A stretch of 64,000 nt of DNA from Isurus oxyrinchus (taxonomy: Eukaryota). Of the stretch, positions 1 through 12,100 are shown piece by piece; positions within the stretch are counted from its first letter, which is position 1, and each line of letters opens with the position of its first letter. The DNA lies in the NCBI GenBank assembly GCA_026770705.1, contig JANJGN010000052.1:3162001-3226000 (forward strand). The letters are read 5' to 3'. Both the position numbers and the translations under genes were made by a program. The notes under the pieces are model-generated. The model worked only from the letters and a program-made list of their open reading frames with translations. It did not search any database and was not told the DNA's origin.

Positions 1-77
1 TAATACACGTTCACTCCGAGACATGTGAATTGAGAACACTGGATGAGAGAAGAGGCTCAGACCAGAGATTGGAGTTA

Positions 78-211
78 AAAGCAGAATACTGTGGATGCTG
101 GAAATCTGAAACAAAAACAAAAATTGCTGGAAAGACTCAGCAGGTCTGACAGTATCAGTGGAGAGGAAGACAGGGTTAACGTTTCGAGTCCGTATGACTC
201 TTCATCAGACC
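78..211 (-). mobile_element. Penelope-like element terminal fragment with hammerhead-like motif
   Basis: Minus strand reads CTGATGA-agagtc-atacg-gactc-GAAACGTTA then cttcctctccactgatactgtcagacctgctgagt; same family as the end of the GIY-YIG element near 15316 and the copy near 58475. Confidence 0.6.
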
Positions 212-682
212 AGAGGTTTGAGTTCACTGGCTTCTCATTTCCTCAGTGATCTGGGTGATTTATCACCTTGTGGTTTGTTGGATCTTGCTGTGCACAAACT
301 GCCTGCTGTGTTTAACATCTGTGACCACAATTCAGGAATAATGTCATTGGCTGTGAAGGGATTTGGATCCTCCTGAGGTGGTAAATTGCGCTGCAGAAAT
401 GCACATCTTTCTTTTATCGATACGTCAGTCTTTTAAACAGGACAGGAGAGATTGATGGGAGTGGTAACCTGATAATACAGTTAATGCTTTTCATCATCGA
501 TAGTAAAGTGAGTATTAGAGGTTGCTTTAGGACTGAACTGGAAGCTATCAGCAGGTTATTGAGAATCAGACAGTGTGTTATAATAAGCTGTGTTTTGTGT
601 TAATATGTAAACGTCACAGTTTGTGTTATTTCCCATTGAGTGTTGAATGTGAATTGTTGAGTAATTATAACACAGCACTTAC

Positions 683-1048
683 CAGAAACATGAAGCTGGG
701 TTACAGGATAGTAGCTGTATTTATTTCTGCTGTCAAATTCTATTCTGAAAAAATAAGGTCCTGCATCTTCCCGTCTGATGTTGTTTATAATCAGGGAACA
801 GTCACCATCTTTCAGGTCTCCAGACAGCCGGGTCCGATGGTGGAACCGTGGTAACTCGTGACTGTGATCCTTGGAGTGAAAGGCTATAGACGATGTTCTC
901 CATTCCTCATTATTAAACCAGACTCCAACTCGTGGTTGCTTTTCCAAATGTGATGGATAACTGTAATGACATGGAATCTGTACACACGAATCTTCCTGTG
1001 CTGTCACCTCTCGTGGAGTGTCACCTTTCCACTCTTGTGACAGTCCAA
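683..1048 (-). CDS. Gene A (Siglec-like) V-set Ig exon, essential Arg retained; gene continues beyond left edge
   Basis: ctccccag acceptor, G|gtaagt donor, 366 nt phase 1-1; VGLSQEW..SCVQIPC..W..GDCSL..DAGPYFFRIEFD..KYSY (Siglec B-E strand Cys pair, F-strand Arg). Confidence 0.92.
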
Positions 1049-2332
1049 CTGGGGAGAGAAATATCAATACTTAATTCTGGATGTTTTTTCGATCCACTAG
1101 ACTTGATATCCAACCCCTCCATCACTGGGGCACATTGGCTGCAGTGTGGACCATCTACAGGACACACAAGGAACTCCCCAAGGTTTCACAATGGATGGAA
1201 GAGAATCCTGGATACGGGAGTGGACAAGTTCATTCTACATTGGCTCATTGTCCTCAGGACCCTGTTTAGCTTTTTTTCAAATTATTCATTCATGGAATTT
1301 ATTGCCCATCCCATGTCCATCAGAGGCATTTAAGAGTCAACCACATTGCTGTGGGTTTGGAGTGACATGTAGGCCAGACTGGGGAAGGGTGGCAGATTTC
1401 CTTCCCTATAGGTGATCAGTGAACCAGGCTTTTTAATCCCATTCATCTGCTGTGATAGGATTCACACCCAGGGCCCCAGAGCATCACCCTGGGCCTCTGG
1501 AATACTAGCCCAGTGACAATACCTCTCTGCTACCGCTTCCCCTTAGTGAAGCCAGTCTTCCACTCAGAACTCCCCCCATTATCACCGTCATGAATCACTA
1601 ATTAGCCTAACATTCCTGTCTGCTCTTCAACACAGCTGATTGGCTAATCTGATTCAATCTGATTGGTGTTCATTCCCTCTTCAATGTTTAAGGAATCACC
1701 AATCACTCGGCCTCTAGTTATTCTCCTGCCCACAAGAGGGAACATTCTCTCTCTACCCAGTCAATCAAAACCTTTCATCTAAACCTAGTGGTGCTTGAGT
1801 ATATAGTCGGGAATCCAGGGCAATGGAGCCTCAGGAGAAGAGATGGAAACCCTGTGAGGTGGAATGTCACTGAGGCCATCCGAGTTGAAGCGACTTTTGG
1901 AGAGAGTTCCAAGGCAAGATCTTCGAAGTTGAAGACTGGAATCCCTCATGAGAGAAACAGAGTTTCAGTGAGATTGGTTGACTGACAGTGTTCACTGATG
2001 TCCGGGTGTGTTGTTGTGAAATCCATGGGATCTGTCTTGGTCGCATTTACAATTTAATGAGTAATGTGGCTGTGAGACCACAGTTTGCCTGTTAATTCAC
2101 ATGAGCTCATATTAATCCAGAATGTTAGAGTATAAGGTGGATATTGTAAATTATTTTATCTTTCTGACCTGGTGCAGTAAAGTTTATCTTTTTTTTTGTT
2201 TAAAAGCAATGGAATCTTGTAGCTTTATTCTCTTTGCAAGCGTCTTAAATCTCAAACCTCGTCTACTTGAAACAAAATATTATTGGTTCCTAACTGTAAA
2301 TTATCAAAAAAAATTGGGTGCCTGTTCTTCCT

Positions 2333-3557
2333 TCAGCAACTCTTCAGAATCCTGCTGAAGTCACGGATATTTCAGAAGGACAGGGAACAAGAGGTTTCTG
2401 GTATCAGCGTTTTGTGTGGGGCCCAGTTCAGTTTGAACAAATAAACAACACCATCTTTGAAAGTCATGAACCCACCGCAGCGGCACCTCCGACACATGCA
2501 GAGCTCAGGCGAGAGGCGCTTTGTTAGTGTGTTTCTCAGGGTCTGCTGGAGTAGGGTCAGTGCTGAGAGGGTCTGCTCAAGGATCATAACAACCTGCACT
2601 TGCACCTTCCAAATAATAAGATTTTGTAAATGTATTCATTCATGGGATGTGGGCGTCGCTGCCAAGGCCAGCATTTGCTGCCCATCTCTAATGTCCCGTG
2701 ACATAATCTCTGTAGCAGAGTAGAGACAATCATGATCACTCAGGATATTTGACATCTATCCACATGAGCAGCTTTGCCTTCCTTCTCTCTTTCAGTTATC
2801 TTACTCCCTTATTGAAGTTTCTAGCATGGTGAGAACTGGATGGTTTGCTCGGACATTTCAGAGGAACCACGTTGCTATGAGTCTGGAGTCACATGTAGGC
2901 CAGACCAGATATAGACGGCAGATTTCCTTCCCTAAAGGCCATTAGTGAACCAGATGGGTGTGTATGACAATCGATGATAGTTTCATGGTCTCCATTACTG
3001 AGACTAACTCCCATTAGTGTAAACAGAGTGAACAGTTTTCCATTGATCCCACCTTTCCCGTTCTCTCCGGTATTTTACACACTATTGCTCGATAATTTGA
3101 TTCTGCCAAGGACCCCTTGGAAAATCATGGACCCCAGTTAGACAACCGATGGAATAAGGAATCTCTTGGATTCTCACTGTCTAAGGAATCTCTTTGGATC
3201 CTCATTGTCTAAGGAATCTCTTTGGATCCTCATTGTCTAAGGGATTATTTCTGATCCAAACCCCATATTGTTGTATTGTTGATTCCGATGCAGCATTGTA
3301 GACTGACTTGTCCCCAAGCTCAGCACTGACCCTACTCCAGCAGACACTGTGAAACACACTAACAAAGCGCCTCTAGCCTGAGCTCTGCATGTGTCGGAGG
3401 TGCCGCTGTGGTGGGTTCATGACTTTCAAAGATGCTGTTGTCATTTTTTTTGTTCAAACTGAACTGGGCCCCACATGAAACGCTGCTACCAGAAACTTCT
3501 TGTTCCCTGTCCTTATGAAACATCTGTGATTCAGCAGGATTCTGAAGATTTGCTGAC
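2333..3557. repeat. Inverted duplication of about 235 bp (arms about 2333-2567 and 3318-3557)
   Basis: Arms are reverse complements; ORF track shows IFESHEPTAAAPPTHAELR on + (2318) and on - (3359). Confidence 0.85.
3157..3240. repeat. 28-bp tandem repeat, about 3 copies
   Basis: aggaatctctttggatcctcattgtcta units; about 6 copies also at 55900-56076. Confidence 0.85.
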
Positions 3558-4429
3558 AAGGGTCTTAAATTGTCTGATTGTTGAATGATACAACACAGGA
3601 GGAGCTTGTTTGATCCATCGTGCATGTGCTGACTCTTTCCCAATTCCTCTCCAGCACCTTTCGCACATCCCTGCAAATTTCCCTTCAAGTATTTATCCAG
3701 TTCCCCTTCTGAAAGTTCCTGTTGAATCTGCTTCCACCGCCCTTTCAGGCAGTTAGTCAATGGTCTCTCTCTGAGCTGCAAAGTGCTCAGATTCTGTGAA
3801 ATTTAAACTCTGCAGCAGATCAGAGACACTCATGATAACTCAGAATATTTGACAGTTTTACACACAGACAGCTTTACCTTCCTTCTCTCTTTCAGTTATC
3901 TTGCTCCCTTATTGAAGTATCTAGCATGGTGAGAATGGACAGGAAGTGTGACACTGAACAGCCTGTCTATTCTAGGAGCTGCTGTGTTGTCTTCATGGGA
4001 AATTTTGAATAAAGGCAGAAAAGGACACAAATTTCAGGTTATTGCTATCGGATAACTCTCATTAGGATAGGCTTCACCCACCAGGTTTTATCCCTGCTTC
4101 TCTATTCAACCCATCAATCCCCATCGCTCACTGACCAACATCTGACAGCACCTGAATTTTGAGATTCTGCTCTCGCTGCTACAAACCTGCCTATCCCTGT
4201 ACACTCCTCCAGCCCCTACAACCCTCCAAGGCCTCTGCTGTTCTCCAATTCTGCTGTCAGACAGGGAGTCAGTGTATATCAGTGAGCACAGGGGTGATGG
4301 ATGAATGGGACATAGTGTGAGTTTGTACACTGGCTCACTGCTAAATCAGTTCCCAATTAGAGGTCAATAAGAATGATCTTTAACAAAGACTATTAACCAT
4401 AAGTCTGTCCGAGCTGATGATGATATTAC

Positions 4430-4469
4430 CTTGGAGAAGTGACAGGAGGAAGTAAGATTTCCCGATCAT
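4430..4469 (-). CDS. Gene A signal-peptide exon (MIGKSYFLLSLLQ)
   Basis: ATG ATC GGG AAA TCT TAC TTC CTC CTG TCA CTT CTC CAA G|gtaat; phase 1 joins the V exon to give ...LLQVGLSQEW. Confidence 0.88.
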
Positions 4470-4895
4470 TGTCCACTCCCAGATATTCCTTTAGCTTCTA
4501 ACTCTGAAGTTCTGAAAGAGAAAGGAGTTAATGAGACTTCACCTCTTGTCCGAATGCTCTCGAGAGATCAGAACTGCTTTTAGACAATATCTTCACAGAC
4601 TAATTTGATTCTCTGTGGGATGATAGGTGCTCTGCAGAGAGTTACAAGGCTTTCAGAAAGAAAATCAATGAAGGACTTGCATTTCTATAGCACCTTTCAC
4701 CACCTCAGGATGCCCCAAGCTCATGTCCCTTGAGCTAGAAAGATGTTCTGTACAACAGACTTGAGCCTCACACCCAGATCTCAATAATCAGTAGAAATCT
4801 TTCAAAGGCATCGATCATTGGAATCTGTCTTTATAAAGTCACAACATCAACAAAGGACGGTGTTGGTGGTGGAAGTGAATTCCAATCGTTCCGTT

Positions 4896-5042
4896 ACTTA
4901 CCCAGGACCTGTCCGACTGCTCGCCTGGGGAGGAACTGCCCACACGCTCTGCTTGAGCTGAATGACCTCTTCCTCTGCTGCTCCCTCTGTGTATTTAATT
5001 AGAAAGGGTGGATGTGTCTCTGTGAGTCAAAATGAGGAAGTT
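4896..5042 (-). promoter_or_regulatory. Gene A putative promoter and non-coding exon 1 (donor 4896-4901; PU.1/ETS-like AATGAGGAAGT about 5031-5041; AP-1-like TGAGTCA)
   Basis: Block conserved in five copies in the window; similarity drops just past the GAGGAAGT site. Confidence 0.55.
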
Positions 5043-5558
5043 GGAACAAAGTGAGTGAACAGCACTTTGCTGTGCACTGTCAGTAAACCCTGTGTCTGTA
5101 TAAGAATATAAGAACAGAACAAGTAGGATCAGCTGGACACCCTGACATTTTCATTCTTTATATTCCATCCACTCATTATTTTATCCACTCACGGAAACTA
5201 TTTATCTCCCTCTGCAGCCTCTTTGTGCCCTCCTCACAATTTGCTTTCCTGCTCAGCTTATATATTTCCTACCTATCTTCACCACACAGTCAGAAAATCT
5301 GTCTACAGTACAGTCAGTCCCTTCATCCAAGTCACTAATGTAGATTGTGAATAGTTGAGGCCTCAGCACTGATCCCTGTGGCTCTCCACTAGTTACAGTT
5401 TACCAAGCTGAAAATCACCCATTTATCCTGGCTCTCTGTTTCCTGTCAGTTCGCCAGTCCTCTATCCATATTAATATATCCCCCACAACACCATCCAATT
5501 TCACCCTGTGCAGTATCCTTTGATGTGGCACCTTATCGAATGCCTTTTGGAAATCCAA

Positions 5559-6388
5559 TGTCATGAAGAGATATTTGTGTGTAACGTGTGCTTGGAAATA
5601 ATATTTTCAAATAGAATTCTAGTGGTGGTCCATGTATAGGTGTGTGTCTGGGTGTGTCTTAATTGGATTAAAGCCAGCTGCTCTGTGTGCTTTGATGTTT
5701 AGTAGTTTTGAGATGTTAATTAGGTGAATTGTGAGGAGAACAGTAAAGTGTTCATTTGCAATTGTTGAATAAACCATTCCAGACTGGGGGTAAAATCTTG
5801 CACCTAGTTAGAAGGAGCCAAAAGATGTGTTTTTTCTTGAACTTAGTAATGAAATTGGTGCAATGAAAGGGGGTTTTATTGTTCGAAGAGCTGGAGTTCA
5901 GAAGACCGAGTGATATAATGGAAAATTTACAATCAAAGGGAAAGCTAGCTATATAAAGGAAGGAGTTTGTGTGTGTGAGGCAGGAGCATTTCAGACCGAA
6001 CCAGCCTGTAGCCTCCAACCAACTTGCAAAGGAACCTCATTCAGAATTCGTAATGTCAAATGTGCTTTGCCTGGTGTCTATATTATGTCAATGGTTCATT
6101 GTTGCCTTAGTAGAGATTTACATGGGGGTGATTAATTGGGGGATTTGTTAAAAATTTATTATAGTAGTTATTTGTAGCCAATGTGTATGTGTTAATTTTG
6201 TTGTTAAATTAATAAATGGTTTATTTAGTTTAATATTAAAAAAACCCACAAGCCTCCGTGGTCTTATTCCTACTGAATTCAAAGTCTTCATCTCGAAATT
6301 ACAAACAGCAAAATTGGGTTATGACAGTTGTTTCAATTTTCCCTCTGGGATTTGAACAACTCAGCCTTTACCCTTGGCTGTGTCATAG
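5559..6388 (+). mobile_element. Solo LTR-like interspersed repeat
   Basis: TG start, internal TATA and AATAAA, homologous to 9500-10221. Confidence 0.45.
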
Positions 6389-7070
6389 TCCCTAATACAC
6401 CACATCTACAGGTTCCCCTTTATCCAATCCACTTGTTACATCCTCGAGGAAATCTAATTATTTTTTCAAACATGATATCCCTTTCACAAACCCATGTTGA
6501 CTCTGTCTGATTGAATTATGGTTTTCTAAATGTCCTGCTGCTCCCTCCTTCATAATGAATTCTGGTATTTTCCCAATGACAGATATTAGACTAACTGACC
6601 TGTAGTTTCTTGCTTTCTGCCTCCCCCCTTTATTGAACAGACGTGTTTTATTTATGTTTTTCCAATCCGCTGGGACCTTCCCATAATCTAAGGAATTCTG
6701 GAAGATTACAACCAATGCATCCACCGTCTCTGCAGCCATTTCCTTTCAGACCCTCACATTCAGGCCGTCTGCTCCATGGGACTTGTCAGCATTTGTCTCA
6801 TTAGTTTTCTTAATACTTTTTCTCTGGTGATAGTGATTGTTTTATGTTCCTCCCTCCTTGTTGCACCGTGACTTTCTCCTGCTATTGGGATGGTTTTAGA
6901 GATTTTTACTGTGAAGACAGACACAAAATTCTTGTTGAAAGTCTCTGTCATTTCCTTGTTTCCCATTATTAATTCCCCAGTCTGATTTTCTATGTGTCCC
7001 ATTATTACTGTAGCTTCTCTCTTATTTTAATGTACAACATCTCACTGTCATTGTTTATGGTTCTTGCTAG
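6389..7070 (-). mobile_element. CR1 LINE ORF2 fragment (degenerate)
   Basis: ORFs with VPADWK..NYRSVSLISVIGK..SQHGFVKG..CL, typical CR1 RT-upstream motifs. Confidence 0.85.
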
Positions 7071-8544
7071 TTTACTCTCATATCATCATTTCTGCCTCTT
7101 TATTATTCTGCTGGGATCCTTCAGGTCAGATTTTTGCCCTCGGCAGGGGTGCACAGGGCTGGGGGCGGTGAGGAATCCGACTATCGCCCGCGATCAGCTC
7201 CGCGCTGCGATTTTACGTGGGCGGGCTAATAAAGGCCTGCCAGCATAAGATGTGGCTGCAGAATGAGTGCAAAGGGGCGGGCAGAGGTGGGTGCTTAGTG
7301 ACTGCTTGGACCAATGGTGACCCAGCGGCCGATTGAAATCTGGCCACGGCAACCTTCAAAAGGCTTCCAGTGAAGGACGTTGAAATCATGGTGGACAGCG
7401 TTCCGGGTGGAGGGGCATTCGGCCCTGCGTTTCCCTGATGAGTGATGCTGCCCTCCTGGAGGGTGTGGATATTGACCCCACTGATCCCCCTCCCCCACTC
7501 CGCCATTCTATCCTGGGAGACCTGCCAGGTTCCTTTTTCCAGCTGCGATGGGCAGCCCTTCCACACTTTCCTGTGGGCCCCGCCCTTCATGTCCAAAAGC
7601 GCTAAGTTAGAGCAGGGATGGAGAAATGAACAGGGGGTGTGGGATAAGTGTGGGGGTCTCACAGCCAGAACAGATGCTGCCTCGGGAGGGGGGGGGAGGT
7701 TTCACCAGCTCTCTGTCTTAACAACATCGTAACCACAGTGTGAAGATTGTCCCCATTCCCTGTATCTTAATAATATTGTAAAGACAACTGGGAGATGTGC
7801 TGCAATCGCTGAGAAAGTATTTGGTGTGCTTACAGCACCACCACTGGCAAGAGAGTGTAAGTACAGTGTGACATGTTTACATGGGAAATTTTCATGATAA
7901 ATGCGGACACAGGAATTTACATAATTTGGTGGGGAAATGCAATGACATGAATTAACAGATTGGAGCAGGAAGGTTGTCCCAGAGTAAGATGTTTAATAAA
8001 AATATATCTGTACAGAGTTGTCTGGGCATTTCAATCCCTTGTGACAATAAATGTAATATTATAGAAAATGCAAAAGCTTCTTGTAATCTATCACAGAATA
8101 AACAAGTTGCAGAATTCAGAAAGCACATTCTGAAATGTTAACAAAGTTCAGTGATGTCACATTTCTGCTAATTACTATTTGGCCATGTTGGCTGCACGCA
8201 GTCAGACAGTCCCTCGGTTGTGATGTGTCCACACAGCAGGACTGGGATGCATCAGCATCAAAGGACATGCTTAGTTGTTGCTGTGCAATGCATTTATTGC
8301 GAGCCTGTTGCACACATGCCCTGTCGAAGGTTTCTAGGTGTTTCCATTCTGAATCGAGGCAGATCAACGTTACTACAACAACTTGCATTTATATAGCAAC
8401 TTAATGTAGCAAACTGTCCCAAAGCTCTTCAGGGGATTGTTAACCACATATAAATCCATCTCTGAGACAAATAATGAGATATAAGGGACAGGTGACAAAA
8501 AGCTGAGTTAACAAAGCCAGTTAATAAGGACCATGTTAAAGGAG

Positions 8545-8680
8545 GAGAGCGATAGACAGAGATGCAGAGGGAGAGAGACAGAGAGAGAGAGACAAAGAAG
8601 GAGAGAGAGACGGAGAGAGAGAGAGAGACAGACAGAGAATGAGAGAGAGATAGAGAGACAGACTGGGAGAGAGAGAGACA
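8545..8680. repeat. (GA)n-rich microsatellite downstream of the gene B stop codon
   Basis: gagagagaca/gagagaga runs. Confidence 0.9.
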
Positions 8681-8878
8681 CTGAATCTCTGTCCCCAATG
8701 ACTCAGCATAAAGTCGTCTCTGGGGAAACATTTCATTCCAAACCACACCAACCACAGATCCATTCAGTCCCTTCCTCCCTCTCTCCCCCTCTCCCCCAGT
8801 GGGTTGTCTCATGTTCCAAGGAATCACAATCCCTGCCCCCATCCACAAACCTCCTCACCCCCTCTCCCCGTTTCACAC

Positions 8879-9127
8879 TCAGTTTTGCTTGAATCTGATC
8901 TGTGCGTATTCTGTCTCCTCTTCCCTGTGGACAGTCCCATCACCACTGGGCACCCTGAAGACTTGGGGATTGGCGTAGAGAAGGTCGCCGGGTTTGTTGT
9001 GATTCCAATGTCCAGCATCGCCTCCCACTGGACCTTCAGAGAGATCCCGGGGAGCTGGGGTCTCCCCCTCACTAGTTGTGTCTCTGGTTGTGTTCCGGGC
9101 CTCAGTAATCAGCACGTTCTGTTTACC
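8879..9127 (-). CDS. Gene B terminal cytoplasmic exon with LLYANP and ITSM TEYAQI
   Basis: ccctgtag acceptor, phase 0; GKQNVLITE...DLLYANPQVF...EEETEYAQIRFKQN*. Confidence 0.88.
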   Translation of the reverse strand, partial: GKQNVLITEARNTTRDTTSEGETPAPRDLSEGPVGGDAGHWNHNKPGDLLYANPQVFRVPSGDGTVHREEETEYAQIRFKQN

Positions 9128-12100
9128 CTACAGGGAAATGGAAACAGAAGACATCCTCACATCATTTACTGGCACTGATAGGGTTAAATTATTGTGCAGC
9201 CGCGTTAGGGTCAGTCGTGTCTCAGTTGGTTTAACTCTGTCTCTCATATCATATAAAAGAAACCACCTATGACAGGGCAGCACTCCCTCAGTACTGACCC
9301 TCCAACAGTGCAGCACTCCCTCAGGACTGACCCTCTGTCAGTCTCGCACTCCCTCGGTAATGTCTCTGGCGAGTGCCGGCTTGGATTCTGCACTCAGGTG
9401 CCTGGTGTGAGGCTCATTAACATGAACCTTGTAATCAGAGAGAGGATGAGAGGGAAGAGAAAGAGAGAAAGAGAGAGATAGGGTGTTATTAATCTATTAA
9501 TGTATGTAATGTAAGTGGAAATTGTCATTTTAAACAGGGGTTTAGTCTGTGGGTGTGTCTGTGAGAGTTTTAATTGGATTAAAGCCAGCCAGTCTGGGTA
9601 CTTTGATGTCAAGTAGTTTTGAGATGTAAACAAAGAGGTAAAGGGGTAATTTGCATTTTTAAACAGAGCACTCAATGTCTGAAAGTGAAACCTTAAACGA
9701 ATCAATGTTTATATTACTAATAATATTGATACGATGAAGGGTGGAGTTCAAAGGTCCTGATGATTCAATGAGAATTTACATTCAAAGAGAAGAGCTGGGT
9801 ATAACTTGAGCAGTTTTGTGTGTGCAGAGCAGAGGCTTGTAACATCAAAGCAGCTGTAAGCCTTCACCTGTCTGCAAAGGAACCAAAGTGAAAGGAACCT
9901 CATTTGGAATTTGTGAGGTGAAAATGCTTTGCTTGGAATCTGCTTAAAGTCTATGGGTTGTCTTAGAGGAGATTAGTTTGGGAATTTGTTAAAAAGTTAT
10001 GATAATACTAGTGTTTAGCCATGTGCATATGTTTAACTTGTGTAAATTAATAAATGTCTCATGTAGATTGATATAAAACCATCTCGAGAACTGGTGGTCT
10101 TATTCCTGAATTTAGAGCTGCATCTCAAACATTCCACTGGGAAATATAGGTTATGACAGTTGTTTAAAGTTTCCCTCTGGGATTTTAAACAGTAGCCTTT
10201 ACCAGTTGCTGTGTCATAACAGAGAGACAGCATGATACTGAACCATTGCTGACTCCACAGGTACAAATCAGTGGGTAACTGGGCTGGGAATCTGGGACAT
10301 GTGTTGTCTACACACTGAGATTGAAGCTTTGGAGTGAGTGTAAACAGCTCCTGTACCTGGTGTTTCACAGAGAGTGGACTGGGGGTCAATGCAATGTCAC
10401 TGGTCCCTGAAACTCTCTCCTCCATCGCTGTCTTTCTCCTGCAATAACACAATATCACACTGTGGTTATCATATAGCAGAGAGTCAGTGCAGCACAGACA
10501 CAGAGCCCACTGTAACCTTACACCAACGACTGGACTGTCTGTTTAAATCACTTCTGCACAAAGCACAGAATCTAGAAGCTTGACACCATCCAGAACAAAC
10601 CAGCCCGATTGATCAACACCCCATCCACCCCATTAAACATTCACTCCCTCCACCACGAACACACAGTGGCAGCAGTGTGTGTACCATCTACAAGATGCAC
10701 TGCAGCAACTCAGCAAGGCTCCTTCGACAGCACCTTCCAAACCCACGACCTCTACCATCTAGAAGGACAAGGGCAGCAGACACATGGGAACACCACCACC
10801 TGGAAGTTCCCCTCCAAGTCACTCACCATCCTGACTTGGAAATATATCACCGTTCCTTCACTGTCGCTGGGTCAAAATCCTGGAACTCCCTCTCTAACAG
10901 CACTGTGGGTGTACCTACACCACATGGACTGCAGCGGGTCAAGAAGGCAGCTCACCACCACCTTCTCAAGGGGCAATTAGAGATGGGCAATTTAATAACG
11001 GCCTCACCAGTGACAGTCACATTCGATGAAAGAATTTAAAATCTCACAGCTCAGGAGGAAGCCACTCAGCCCATCGTGCCTGTGCTGGCCCTTTGTAAAA
11101 ACTGTCCAATTAGTCCTAAGCAAATGTTTATATTAAAATCAAGTTAAATCTTCAGACTTACTTTCTCACACAGATGAAGATGAAGATTCCAGCCAGGAAA
11201 ACACTCAACATGATCCCAGCCGTGAGCAATCCTACTGTCCATTTACTGGAGTCTCTACCTGTAAAAACAGCCATTAATTACTGCACTACAGGTTTACAAT
11301 GATGCTCCGATGTATCTCGAGAAGCGATACACTCACTCAGTGTTTAAATACTCATTCTCGGGCAATGCTGACAGTTATTGTCCATCCCTAGTTTCCCCTT
11401 GAGAAGGTGGTGGGGGGTCTTCCTCCTGAGCCACTGGCTTGTCCCAAACTGGGAGACCAGTTCAGAGGGCAGGTCAGAGTTAACCATGTTGGTGTTTGAG
11501 ACTGGAGTCACATATACACCCAGACGTGTTAAAATGGACAGGTTTCCCTCCCTTAAGATCATTAGTGACCCATATTATATATGTAATTTCTATATATATG
11601 TATCAAATAACCTCACTAAAATAATAAATTATCACCTCAATTTCACGCTGTTGTTTGTGGGATCTTGCTGTGTACAAATCAACTGTTGCGTTTCCTACAT
11701 GACAACAGTGAGCTCACTTCGAAACTGCTTCATTGGTTATCGAGCGTTTTGGCAATTTCTAAGCATTTTATCAACACAAGTCTTGCATTTCGATGTAATC
11801 AATCTAACATTTATATATAATATTTATCAATGTGATCCCTATAACATTAATGTATAATATTTAGCAATGTAATCTATGTAACATTTATATATAATGTTTC
11901 TCGATGTAATCTATGTAATATTTATATATAATATTTAGTCGTTTGGGAGGAGAACCTGAGTATTGCTGAGAAAGGACATTTTGTCAAAGCTTTCTGTCTT
12001 GCACCCAATGAAGCAGCTTATCTGGGGGAGAGGGTTCCAGATTTCCACTCCCCTTTGTGTGAAGAAGTGCTTCCTGACATCACCCCCTGAACGGCCTGGC

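Noticed and set aside
573-854. Recurrent plus-strand ORFs (MCYNKLCF.., MSVECELL..) at each V exon
   Set aside because: Antisense shadows of the duplicated V exons
4512-4543. Extra 5' UTR intron between a gtga donor and the signal-exon acceptor
   Set aside because: Only about 31 nt, too short for a normal intron
7100-7740. GC-rich island with several ORFs between genes B and A
   Set aside because: No recognisable protein motif or exon structure; probably an interspersed repeat that I cannot classify
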